Numbered from the stretch's first letter, positions 9,503 through 18,975 are shown. The stretch: DNA of 64,000 bases from Bdellovibrio sp. (GCA_036676395.1 JAKFCY010000002.1:128001-192000); one strand, 5' to 3'. Made by a program: numbers and translations. The notes: generated by a model not told the origin, from the sequence alone.

Positions 9503-9556
9503 AACGAACTATTTTTCAAGTGTTTCCTGCGCTATCTATTAGCACTAGGAGATTGT

Positions 9557-10759
9557 ATGAAAAACTTCCAAAATTTAAGGGCTTTTATGAAGGCACCTCT
9601 GCATTTGATGACTGAACTTGAACAAGGTCAGAAATTTGTGCGTACCCGCTTAGGGCCGAAGAGTTTTGTTTTTGTGTATGATGCAGCTTATGCGCGTGAA
9701 ATTTTAGTTCAGGCAAGTCAGAAGTTTCCACAAAATCGTATGGTGTTTGATCGTATTCAGCCGTTAACGGGCCGCAAAGGTTTAGTGCAGATGGAAGGCG
9801 AAGAATCTAAAAACACGCGCATGCAGATGCGAACACTTTTCAGCAAAGCTCCACTGGCAGATGCACAAGCCATCACTGAAAAATACACGGATGATTTAAT
9901 CGCTGAACTTAAAAAGAACCCAGCCGTTGATATTGCACAAGCCATGCATAATTTAATTTTACGTACGGCTTTAAAAATATTTTTAGATGTGGATGATCCG
10001 AAAATGGCCAGTAACATTGGGCATATGTTTGTCGAGTTAAATGAACTATGTGGCCATCGTATGCGTGCATTGCTACCGGTTCCGTTATTTATTCCGACCA
10101 AACAAACATTACGCATAAAAAAATTACGTGCAGAAATCAGAAGTCAGATTCTAAATCATTTAGAAAAAAGAACTAAAACCATGCATGGGCAGTTAGTTGA
10201 TGTTTTTGCTGATGACCCTAATTTGTTAGATCACTGCATGACTTTTATCTTTGCAGGGCATGAAACTACGGCTTCATCACTGGCCTTTACATTCTTATTA
10301 TTGGCTAAATACCCTGAATACCAAAAACTGATTCAGCAAGATCCAAAAATGGCTACTTTAGTGTATAAAGAAAGTTTACGCCTGTATCCGCCGGCTTACA
10401 TGCTTGCTAGGCAAGCTAACGTCGATACAGATTTTGGCGATTTTAAAATTAAAAAATCAGAACAAGTTATTATTGCGCTGGCGAGCATTCAGCAAAGCGA
10501 AAAATACTTTCAAGAGGCTAAACAGTTTAAGCCAGAACGTTTTGAACAAAAGTTCGAACAACCCGCAGCGTTTTTTCCATTCGGTGCAGGTGGTAAATCC
10601 TGCATCGGTGAAAGGCTTGCATATGTTGAAGCTGATGTGGTGATTAATAAAATCTGCACTCAGTTCGTAATCACCGGCAGCGCAGAAAAAATTATAGCTG
10701 ATCCAATGATTACGTTAAATGCTCGTAGCGGTCAGACGTTGGTGTTCAATGTTAGATAG
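9557..10759 (+). CDS. Cytochrome P450
   Basis: AGHETT I-helix, ESLR (ExxR), PERF, FGAGGKSCIG heme motif; start set to ATG 9557 after AGGAG. Confidence 0.95.
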   Translation: MKNFQNLRAFMKAPLHLMTELEQGQKFVRTRLGPKSFVFVYDAAYAREILVQASQKFPQNRMVFDRIQPLTGRKGLVQMEGEESKNTRMQMRTLFSKAPLADAQAITEKYTDDLIAELKKNPAVDIAQAMHNLILRTALKIFLDVDDPKMASNIGHMFVELNELCGHRMRALLPVPLFIPTKQTLRIKKLRAEIRSQILNHLEKRTKTMHGQLVDVFADDPNLLDHCMTFIFAGHETTASSLAFTFLLLAKYPEYQKLIQQDPKMATLVYKESLRLYPPAYMLARQANVDTDFGDFKIKKSEQVIIALASIQQSEKYFQEAKQFKPERFEQKFEQPAAFFPFGAGGKSCIGERLAYVEADVVINKICTQFVITGSAEKIIADPMITLNARSGQTLVFNVR

Positions 10760-11591
10760 TTTAATTGCAGATTTTCGTGAAATTTGTCCACACCGATCAA
10801 GTGCATTGTTTCGTGAATTTTTACCTGTGGGTTATCGCCTGACAACATTATCTTCAGTGCCACAGGAATACCGCGAAATCGTGATACAGGCTAAGATTCG
10901 TTTGGGTATGCTGATCACGCTTTATGATGATTTGGCAGATCATCCAGATTATTTGAACCCTGTGCTGTTAAAAAAATTATATCGCCTAAATTTAGACTCT
11001 GATTTTACGCTGACGTTATCAATCAGCAAAGAAAATAAAATTTATCAGTTAGCACGTAAACTTTTTTCTGAACTGCGTGATCTGTTATCAGGTTTGCCGA
11101 ATTACGAACAGTTAAAAGCTATTCTTGAATTTGATATTGAGCAGTTTTATTGCTGTAACCGGTTATCAAGTTTGGCTACCGAGACGCCTGGAATTTTAAA
11201 CCTGGCCGAATCGCAAACTTTGGGGCCGCATAATATGGGAATCATAGCTGCTGGCACGATTGATTTAATGTCGGTGACAGATTTAAACGTACGTGAAATT
11301 GCCATTTGCCGCGAAATTTTTATTTTAGGTCAGCGTATGGGTCGAATCAGTAATGTTGTTTACACTTTTGAACGTGAGCAGTTAGAAGGTGATCAGACTA
11401 ATGAAATTTTTGTGCAACAAAGATTATTCGGTGGAACTCATCAATCCATTAAGGCGCAGTTAATCCAAGAACTTCATGAGTGTAGCATAGCTATTAAAAA
11501 ATTCTGTGCGCCGGCATTTAGCGCTAATCAGTACGCCCAGGGTTTTCTGGAGTTGCATCAATTGCATGCCCGCTTAGAGAGTCAAATATGA
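10749..11591 (+). CDS. Class I terpene synthase / isoprenoid synthase-fold protein
   Basis: DDxxD (YDDLAD) and NSE/DTE-like NVVYTFERE in a ~280-aa helical-looking protein; start overlaps the P450 stop. Confidence 0.7.
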   Translation: MLDSLIADFREICPHRSSALFREFLPVGYRLTTLSSVPQEYREIVIQAKIRLGMLITLYDDLADHPDYLNPVLLKKLYRLNLDSDFTLTLSISKENKIYQLARKLFSELRDLLSGLPNYEQLKAILEFDIEQFYCCNRLSSLATETPGILNLAESQTLGPHNMGIIAAGTIDLMSVTDLNVREIAICREIFILGQRMGRISNVVYTFEREQLEGDQTNEIFVQQRLFGGTHQSIKAQLIQELHECSIAIKKFCAPAFSANQYAQGFLELHQLHARLESQI

Positions 11592-12829
11592 AGGCTGTGG
11601 TTATCGGTGGTGGTATTGCAGGGCTTGCAGCTGCGCGAGTGTTAGCCGCTCATTATACTTCAGTTGTGGTGTGCGAGAAGGATTCACGAATTGGATCAGC
11701 TGATATTCGCACCGGTGCACCCCAAGGGGCTCACCTACATGTATTATTAAAAAATGGCCAGACCATTTTGCGTGAGCTGATGCCGGATGTTTATGAGCAA
11801 ATTAAAAATGGCCGCTGTAAAACCATCGATTGGGCTCAAGATACAGTTTGGGAAAATAAATTCGGCCGATTACCGCGTTATCAATCGAAAGCTAAAACTT
11901 TTTCTTTTAGTCGTGGTCTATTAGAATCCAAACTATTTGCCAGTGTGAGTAAGCTTCAAAATGTTTCAGTTATATATTCGCAAGTTTTAGAATTTACAAA
12001 ATTTGCTGACAAAATTCATAGTGTTAAATTAGACAACGGACAAACCATTGAAGCCGATCTATTTGTCTTTGCCGCTGGTGCCCAGTCAATGTTATCCGGC
12101 CTATTAGGGCAGCCGTTAGTATATGAGATGACAGGAATAGATATAACCTACTATTCAGCGCGCTTTAAAACCGAAACGGTAAATTTGCCAGATTGTATGC
12201 AATATTATTATCAAGCAGATCCGGGTATTGAATCTATCGGTGGAGTGATTTCGCCCATTGAAAATAATCAAACTATTGCAACACTCATCGAATTTGGCCA
12301 AAAACCCGCGCGCATACTTGATCAGCCAGGATTTTTAGCCAAATCTATGCAATTGCCAAATTTAGATTTTTTTTGTTCAGTGATGAAAGCTGAAATGCAG
12401 GGGGCGGTACATTGTTTTCATAAAAAAACGATGTCTAGGATTACACCGGCAGCCTATAAAAGTTTACCAGATAATCTTATTCTGATCGGTGATTCGCTAC
12501 TTTCTCTAAATCCTGTTTTTGGGCAAGGAATGACGAGCGCTTTTTTGCAAATTCGTGAATTAAAAACTCAGCTTGAAAAGAAAAGGCATGTAAACACCAA
12601 ATCTTTTCATAAAAAGGTTTTGAAAATTACGCAGACAGCTTTTGCGATGTCAAAAGCGGGGTCAATGGATCATCGTCATTATATAAAGCGCTACTTAGAT
12701 GGGTTTTTACAATTAGCCAGCAAATCACAATTACACCACCGACGATTTTTACAAGTATTGCATTTAGAACGCGGGCCACTATCTTTATTTAGTGCGCAGG
12801 TAGCTATTAAGGCGATGAGGCGTTTATGA
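11588..12829 (+). CDS. FAD-dependent monooxygenase, polyether-epoxidase-like
   Basis: GGGIAGL, GAPQGAHLHVLL, and GD...NPVFGQGMT motifs; ATGA-coupled to the upstream gene. Confidence 0.8.
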   Translation: MKAVVIGGGIAGLAAARVLAAHYTSVVVCEKDSRIGSADIRTGAPQGAHLHVLLKNGQTILRELMPDVYEQIKNGRCKTIDWAQDTVWENKFGRLPRYQSKAKTFSFSRGLLESKLFASVSKLQNVSVIYSQVLEFTKFADKIHSVKLDNGQTIEADLFVFAAGAQSMLSGLLGQPLVYEMTGIDITYYSARFKTETVNLPDCMQYYYQADPGIESIGGVISPIENNQTIATLIEFGQKPARILDQPGFLAKSMQLPNLDFFCSVMKAEMQGAVHCFHKKTMSRITPAAYKSLPDNLILIGDSLLSLNPVFGQGMTSAFLQIRELKTQLEKKRHVNTKSFHKKVLKITQTAFAMSKAGSMDHRHYIKRYLDGFLQLASKSQLHHRRFLQVLHLERGPLSLFSAQVAIKAMRRL

Positions 12830-13524
12830 TTTACCTGCATCAGTATCCACAGGCTTGGGGATTATCGAGTTTAAGTCCATTTTGTATTAAGGTTGAAGCA
12901 TTTCTGCGACAAAGTAATTTGGAGTACGAAGTCATTGTCGAGCGTAATCCGCGTCGTGGGCCTAAGGGTAAAATGCCATTTATTGTGGATAAAGGTGTGA
13001 GTATCGCAGATTCTGGTTTTATTATTTCGTCATTGATTCGCAATTATAATTTAGACAGCTATTATCCATTTAATTCTGCACAAAAAGCCGCAGCTCATGC
13101 CTTTGAAAAGATGATTGAAGAAAATTTTTATTTTATATTGTTGTATGCACGTTGGGTCGATTCAGAAAGCCGGGTAAAAACTGTATCTGAATTTACAAAG
13201 CTATTTCCACCCATCATTGGGCCGCTTTTTTTAAAACTGATTCGTAAGAATTTAACCAAACAAGCTTACTTGCAGGGAATTGGCCGGCATACGGCTTCTG
13301 AGGTGTATATAAAAGCGGAACAAGATCTTCGGGCGATCAGTGATTATATCCAAAATGAAAATTATTTTCTGGGATCTGCGTGGTCACCCGTAGATGCCAG
13401 CCTGTTCGCTTTTTTAATTACTATCTTGCGCCAGCCCGTAGCGCCGCGCTTAAAAGAGCTGGTTGAACGATTCCCCAACTTAGTGGCTTACGCTGAGCGC
13501 GAAGCCCAGAGATTATCATTGTAG
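12826..13524 (+). CDS. Glutathione S-transferase-like protein (metaxin/IsoI-like subgroup)
   Basis: AWGLSSLSPFCIKVEAFLR, PKGKMPFI, IADS and YFLG..SPVDA; ATGA-coupled. Confidence 0.85.
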   Translation: MIYLHQYPQAWGLSSLSPFCIKVEAFLRQSNLEYEVIVERNPRRGPKGKMPFIVDKGVSIADSGFIISSLIRNYNLDSYYPFNSAQKAAAHAFEKMIEENFYFILLYARWVDSESRVKTVSEFTKLFPPIIGPLFLKLIRKNLTKQAYLQGIGRHTASEVYIKAEQDLRAISDYIQNENYFLGSAWSPVDASLFAFLITILRQPVAPRLKELVERFPNLVAYAEREAQRLSL

Positions 13525-13568
13525 CTTAGAATAGCTTGCGTAGAATTACCTTTGTTTGTGGAGGTCTT

Positions 13569-14201
13569 ATGATGTTAGTTATTGGTAATAAACGTTATTC
13601 GAGCTGGTCATTGCGCCCATGGGTGTTGATGAAACATTTTGATATCCCTTTCGAAGAAAAACTAATCGCCCTTGATCAGCCAGACACCGAACAAAAGATT
13701 TTAAAATATTCTCCCTCGAAAAAAGTGCCTGCTCTTGTTGATGTCGATATCACAGTATGGGAATCGATGGCCATTATGGAATACTTAAATGAAAAATACC
13801 CACAAAAACAAATGTGGCCAGCCGATACAAAAAAACGTGCCCTCGCACGTTCGGTGGCAAATGAAATGCATTCTGGTTTTTCAGCGATGCGAAATATAAT
13901 GTCGCATGATTTGCAAAAAACTGTTCCAGGATTCGATTATTCGGCGGCGCTGACTGATGTAAATCGCGTGATGGATATTTGGCGTGAATGTTTACAGCAA
14001 TCGGGTGGGCCTTTTTTATTTGGTTCATTTAGTATTGCCGATGCGATGTATGCGCCGGTAGTGAATCGTTTTATTACTTATGATGTGAAGGTTGATACAG
14101 ATTGCGCAAAGTACATTATAGCCATGCGTGAACTGCCAGCGCATAAAGCATGGATCGAGGCAGGATTAGCTGAAAAGCTAGTCGCGCCCCTGCATATTTA
14201 A
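13569..14201 (+). CDS. Glutathione S-transferase family protein
   Basis: GNKRYSSWSLRPW, KVPAL, WESMAI, EMHSGF, FSIADAMYAP; own SD GGAGG. Confidence 0.9.
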   Translation: MMLVIGNKRYSSWSLRPWVLMKHFDIPFEEKLIALDQPDTEQKILKYSPSKKVPALVDVDITVWESMAIMEYLNEKYPQKQMWPADTKKRALARSVANEMHSGFSAMRNIMSHDLQKTVPGFDYSAALTDVNRVMDIWRECLQQSGGPFLFGSFSIADAMYAPVVNRFITYDVKVDTDCAKYIIAMRELPAHKAWIEAGLAEKLVAPLHI

Positions 14202-14731
14202 TTATCTTGGTCTTTATCTTGATCTTTATCCTGCGATTGATCTTGATCCTGATCTACACGGGGCGTGCCATTTAACGTGTTCACATATATGATTGCATCA
14301 ACGGCATCGCACGGTGCTGCCGATGCATATTGGCAATCTGAAATATTAAAGCGAAAAGCATCTGCCAGCTTTGTTTCGCGGTTTATGTGTAGAGTGATCG
14401 TGTTAAATAAATGCTCTTGGCCATTAATGGCCTGCATATTCTGGCGATCAGGACTAACTAAAGTAAATAACAATTTAAAATTTGAATAAAACTCCCAGTG
14501 CCCGGTCGCAGTTTCAAGTATTTGATCAACCGAAGCTAAAAGCTTTGTGCGTTCGCTGTATTCTGGATATACGTGTCCGATTTTAAAATCGATAACAGTT
14601 GAAGAATTGACGATTTGTTTAGTGGAAGTGGCTTCAACAATTCTTTCTGAAATAGGGCTATGTTCAAAGCGGCTTTGACTACATGAAAAAACTAAAGTTG
14701 CGCCAAGTGCAGTAAGTATCGATAGTTTCAT
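14198..14731 (-). CDS. Hypothetical lipoprotein with DQ/DK low-complexity tail
   Basis: Lipobox LVFSC; ends DQDQDQSQDKDQDKDQDN; SD GGAGG. Confidence 0.65.
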   Translation of the reverse strand: MKLSILTALGATLVFSCSQSRFEHSPISERIVEATSTKQIVNSSTVIDFKIGHVYPEYSERTKLLASVDQILETATGHWEFYSNFKLLFTLVSPDRQNMQAINGQEHLFNTITLHINRETKLADAFRFNISDCQYASAAPCDAVDAIIYVNTLNGTPRVDQDQDQSQDKDQDKDQDN

Positions 14732-14769
14732 AAATCCTCCTATGAATTATTTTGCATGAGAGGATTTAC

Positions 14770-14785
14770 AGCAACGCTTATGCCA
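14770..14785 (-). promoter_or_regulatory. Putative sigma54 -24/-12 promoter of the lipoprotein gene
   Basis: Minus strand TGGCATAAGCGTTGCT, near consensus. Confidence 0.65.
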
Positions 14786-14811
14786 TGGGGTGATGGTCCC
14801 CGCGTTATAAA

Positions 14812-15300
14812 TTACTGAATTGCAATAATGTCGTACTCGAGTGTACGTGCAGGACTTTCAACGACAGCCACATCATCGACATGAAGCCCCAATAAACTTT
14901 CGCCAAGCGGTGAGCTACTTGCCACGACCTGGATATTAAGACCTTCAAATGCCACAGTCATTCCGCCGCCTTTAGGTACGAGAAAGATGTGTAGAGTTTT
15001 ATGACCGTGTGTAGCTTCAATGATCGCAGAAAGCTGAATAGAGTCATCTGAGGTGAGAGTTCTTAATTTCAAAAAATTATACATAGCAAAAATCTCTTCG
15101 ATTTCTGCTAAACGTTTTCCCTGGGCTCCGGCAAGGTAAGAAGCTTCGAGCCCGCGGGTATCGTATTCATTTTCTGGTTTTGATTCTTCGTGAGTCGCAT
15201 CTTCGTAGGTAGCTAAAGCAGCCGCTTTTAATATTTCAAAAGACTCTTGTAAGTCGGCTTTGATTTTTTGAACTAAGGCTGCTTTATCGATTTTTTTCAT
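14812..15300 (-). CDS. GreA/GreB-family elongation-factor-like protein
   Basis: Coiled-coil ATHEESKPENEYDTRGLEASYLA; C-terminal SSPLGESLLG. Confidence 0.75.
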   Translation of the reverse strand: MKKIDKAALVQKIKADLQESFEILKAAALATYEDATHEESKPENEYDTRGLEASYLAGAQGKRLAEIEEIFAMYNFLKLRTLTSDDSIQLSAIIEATHGHKTLHIFLVPKGGGMTVAFEGLNIQVVASSSPLGESLLGLHVDDVAVVESPARTLEYDIIAIQ

Positions 15301-15318
15301 AGGCCAATTAGACCATAT

Positions 15319-16758
15319 TTAAAAATTATTTTGTACCGCAAAAATTATTAATGATCCTTTTTGATCGGCACTGCTGGAATAACTGCCATTGTTGCCTTTC
15401 ATATTGAAAAGCTGTGTATGGTTTAGCTGTAACTTAAGGTTCTGTTTAGAGTAAAAATAATTCACCCCTACACTGGCTGCCGTGCTCGTTAGCTGGTTTG
15501 CAATATTTGGTTTAAGCGAATCGTAACGAGCGGCTAATTGCCACTGATCAGAAAGCTTGTAACCAGCATCAAGCATATAAGCCGTGCTTCGCACCGAACT
15601 GATATTACCATTAACATATTCTCCGCGCAGGCTAAGATGAGTATTTGCCCAACCTAAATTGACGCCATAGCGGTTTGGATCATAACAGATTGCATCTTTG
15701 CAAAGAGCAAATGCTCCAACAGAAAATCCCCAAGGAAGAGTGGCTTCGATTCGACCTGAATAATCTTTGCGATCATTTTTTTCATCCACATTCGGACCCT
15801 GGCCATTTGACATCACCATGGATGCTTTCATGCTTTCATATTTATACGTAAGCATTGCGCCCGGATCTCTGCGCTCGCCATAGGTTCTTGTTAGCAGTGA
15901 CCTTTCTGCAAACAAAAGATCAGTTGTCGGCTGCATACTTTCTGCAGTCGTCGGCAATTTGAACTGGCCCAGTGTAAGTTCGAGATCAGGTGCTAATTTA
16001 AAAGCAATACCCATATCTTGTAATATTTTATTATCACCAGTGGTGTTAATATCATTGATTGTGGTTTTTGTTGTTCCTGAAGTCACAACAGAAGTTGCAT
16101 TTGTTGACAGACCTTTGGCAAAGTCAGCCACTAAAAACCATCTTGTGTTTTCAGCACTTGAGCCAGTCAATTTAAATTCGGCTCGGCGCACGCGAAAATT
16201 TGTATCTGCGGCAACGGCTGATTTGGTTTGATCTTCTAAATACCAAAATTGAATTAAGGCGTTGTTTTTCCATGTCGGAACAAATGCAGGCTTTACTTCT
16301 ACTGGCACAGGCGGCGGGGGAGTTGCAACAATCTCTGATGCTGCCGAAACGACAGTAGTCGTTGAAACACTCACTGGTGCAGACACGACCGCGATGGCTA
16401 CTGGTTCGACTGATTTTTTTTCTTCTGCCGCGACTGCACGCTCAGTTTTTTTTTCAGAAAACTGAACTTCGCCTGCGACATCCCAAATCGAACTGTTTTT
16501 TCCGACAAAACGTTTTAAGCTTGTTTTGAAAACCCATTTTTCACTTTCAATTGTTGCAGTGGCTTTATCGCCGCTGCAATGAATTGTTGGTTTTTTATTG
16601 GGTGCTGTCATAGCGCAATTTTTTAAACTAAAATCAACACGTAAATTTTTACAGGAATCGCCGGTGGCATAAGCCACCGCACAATTTTTTTGTGGTTTAG
16701 CAGCTACGGGTAAAGCAATCGCTAAGCCTAAGAATGTTAAAGTGATTAGCGATTTCAT
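15319..16758 (-). CDS. OprO/OprP-like porin with Cys-containing N-terminal extension
   Basis: Signal peptide, FRVRRAEF, LGQFKLP, LFAERS, C-terminal Phe. Confidence 0.7.
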   Translation of the reverse strand: MKSLITLTFLGLAIALPVAAKPQKNCAVAYATGDSCKNLRVDFSLKNCAMTAPNKKPTIHCSGDKATATIESEKWVFKTSLKRFVGKNSSIWDVAGEVQFSEKKTERAVAAEEKKSVEPVAIAVVSAPVSVSTTTVVSAASEIVATPPPPVPVEVKPAFVPTWKNNALIQFWYLEDQTKSAVAADTNFRVRRAEFKLTGSSAENTRWFLVADFAKGLSTNATSVVTSGTTKTTINDINTTGDNKILQDMGIAFKLAPDLELTLGQFKLPTTAESMQPTTDLLFAERSLLTRTYGERRDPGAMLTYKYESMKASMVMSNGQGPNVDEKNDRKDYSGRIEATLPWGFSVGAFALCKDAICYDPNRYGVNLGWANTHLSLRGEYVNGNISSVRSTAYMLDAGYKLSDQWQLAARYDSLKPNIANQLTSTAASVGVNYFYSKQNLKLQLNHTQLFNMKGNNGSYSSSADQKGSLIIFAVQNNF

Positions 16759-16761
16759 AGT

Positions 16762-18480
16762 TTAGTCATCACCGCTGACTTTTAAGTCATGATATGACGG
16801 TACATCTAGCTTGCTTTTTTTATGTTTAAAGCTAACTACTTTATTTGTTGAAGGCTTAAAATTTTCAGTCTTGCGAGGTGAATAACTTGCATGTGGCGGT
16901 GCTTGTGTACTTAAACCATAGACGATAATTTGCATCTCATTAACTAACGTTGTTAACGATTCAGATTGCGCAGCTAATTCAACCGAAGCTGATGCTGAGT
17001 TTTGTGAAATCGAAGCATTTTGTTGCGTTACAGTGTCCATTTGTGACATAGCTTTCGTGATTTCTTGAATTCCGATAGATTGTTCTTTTGAAGAGCTTGA
17101 AATCTCGATGACCATTGAACTTACATCGGCCGCTTCGGCAACGATTTGCTCTAAAATTTCACCACATTGAGTGGCGATCGTGTGACCACGCTCAACTTTT
17201 TCTTTACCGATTAAAATTAAACCCTCAACACGTTCTTTAGTTTGTACTACGATGTGATTTACTTTTTTGATACTTTCTTCAAGAGTGCTAGAAATTTCTT
17301 GGGCGGCGTTGCCGCTCATTTGTGCCAGATTTCCAACTTCTTCTGCAACCACAGAGAATCCTTTTCCGTGTTCACCAGCGCGCGCTGCTTCAACCGAAGC
17401 ATTGAATGATAATAATTTAGTTTGGAATACGATATCTTTGATGACCGTAGTTTTCGCACCAATATCCATAATGACACGAGTAATTTCAGCGATATTTTTA
17501 TTTGATTCTTCAACCGCGCTCATGATTTGGCTATTACTTTCATTGATATCTGAAATCGCTGTCATCATTTCACTAACAACGCTACGGCCTTTCTGGGCAA
17601 CTTGTTGACTAGTCACTGCTTTATCACGTGATTTTTCAGCGTTGTCTGAATTTTTCGAAACCATCGCCGACAATTCTTCAACCGCTGATGAAGTTTGTTG
17701 AACGGCAGCGGCTTGTTCAGATGAAGAGCTTGATAAGCTTTCACTTGAAGTCGCAATTTCAGTAGCTGCTGAATTTACCTGAGTTGCTCCGTCAACTAGA
17801 TTTTTAGAAACTGAAACTAGTTGGTTTGAAAGACTACGAGCAAATAAAATTCCCATCGTTAAAGATAAGATAAAGCCAAATCCGACTAGTGCCATTGCTA
17901 AAATCGACTGAGCTTTACTAGTTTCTTCTACATCTTTTTTCCATTTAGCAGCTTCAGCCTGATGAAATTTGAAAAGCACTCCGATTTTATCATAAAAATC
18001 GTTGCGAATTTTACTGAAATCACCACGGTATGAGTTAGCGAATTCCATGCGGTCTGCCGGAGAACCTGACATTAAAAGAGGGATAGATTCATCAACTTTC
18101 TTTATCATGCTCTGGTAGCTTTCTATGTAAGTATCATAGAGTTCTTTTTCTCCTTCGGTAAATTCGATGGCCTCATAAGCAGTTCTGGCTGTGGCAAATC
18201 TTTGTTTTTCTTCCTCAAGACGCGCAACTAATCTTTTTTGTTCTTTTTCGTCATTACCGGGCAAAGTCATTTGTGTTAATAAGCGCAAGACTGAAACACC
18301 AGAAAAGCGCATGGTTGCTAGGCTTACAGCGTTGGGAAAATTTACTTTTACGATGTGATTATAATGCTCACTTGTGATTTTGAGGGCGTTTATGCCAACA
18401 GCGCCAACAACTAGAAGTAGAATAGAACTTATCGCAGACATAGCGATTAGTTTTGTTTTCAGACCAAATTTTTGAAACAT
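16762..18480 (-). CDS. Methyl-accepting chemotaxis protein with four-helix-bundle sensor
   Basis: Two TM helices; IVFQTKLLSFNASVEAARAGEHGKGFSVVAEEV hairpin. Confidence 0.95.
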   Translation of the reverse strand: MFQKFGLKTKLIAMSAISSILLLVVGAVGINALKITSEHYNHIVKVNFPNAVSLATMRFSGVSVLRLLTQMTLPGNDEKEQKRLVARLEEEKQRFATARTAYEAIEFTEGEKELYDTYIESYQSMIKKVDESIPLLMSGSPADRMEFANSYRGDFSKIRNDFYDKIGVLFKFHQAEAAKWKKDVEETSKAQSILAMALVGFGFILSLTMGILFARSLSNQLVSVSKNLVDGATQVNSAATEIATSSESLSSSSSEQAAAVQQTSSAVEELSAMVSKNSDNAEKSRDKAVTSQQVAQKGRSVVSEMMTAISDINESNSQIMSAVEESNKNIAEITRVIMDIGAKTTVIKDIVFQTKLLSFNASVEAARAGEHGKGFSVVAEEVGNLAQMSGNAAQEISSTLEESIKKVNHIVVQTKERVEGLILIGKEKVERGHTIATQCGEILEQIVAEAADVSSMVIEISSSSKEQSIGIQEITKAMSQMDTVTQQNASISQNSASASVELAAQSESLTTLVNEMQIIVYGLSTQAPPHASYSPRKTENFKPSTNKVVSFKHKKSKLDVPSYHDLKVSGDD

Positions 18481-18514
18481 ACGTGCTCCTTTAGAGTTTT
18501 CCTATTAGTATTAG

Positions 18515-18522
18515 TTATCGGT
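18515..18522 (-). promoter_or_regulatory. Possible sigma28 (FliA) -10 element upstream of the MCP
   Basis: ACCGATAA versus consensus GCCGATAA; -35 element not convincing. Confidence 0.4.
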
Positions 18523-18563
18523 TAAAATTTTTGTTAAATAGTTAAGAGATTGTGAACCAGAGT

Positions 18564-18956
18564 CTAGGCGGTCTTATTAAAGGCCTCGACCATTTTGACT
18601 TGCAAGGTTTGCATACTAAACGGTTTGACCACATAGGCAGATACGCCGACAGTTAAAGCTTCTAACACCTGAGATTTTTCTGATTCAGCAGTCACTAACA
18701 TAAATGGTAATTTAGCAAAGCGGGTGTCCGTGCGAACTTTTTTTAATAAATCTAAACCTGATCCATTCGGCATATTCCAGTCTGAAATAACTAAACCATA
18801 GTCAGCATCAGGTGCGTTGATGGCTTCCCATCCCTTTACACCGTCTTCACTTTCAGTGATATTTTCAAAACCTAAGTCTTTTAAAGATTTAGCTACAATC
18901 TTTCGCATTGTTTTCATGTCATCGATAATAAGAATCTTAGTACTAGTACTGAACAT
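18564..18956 (-). CDS. cheY: Chemotaxis response regulator CheY
   Basis: LIIDD, SDWNMP, VTAE, YVVKPF; start MFSTS after AAGGAG. Confidence 0.9.
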   Translation of the reverse strand: MFSTSTKILIIDDMKTMRKIVAKSLKDLGFENITESEDGVKGWEAINAPDADYGLVISDWNMPNGSGLDLLKKVRTDTRFAKLPFMLVTAESEKSQVLEALTVGVSAYVVKPFSMQTLQVKMVEAFNKTA

Positions 18957-18975
18957 TGGTTCTCCTTTAAATACA

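Noticed and set aside
9452..9556. Longer P450 N-terminus from the ORF track
   Set aside because: Would overlap the divergent lysR start; ATG 9557 has a clear AGGAG SD.
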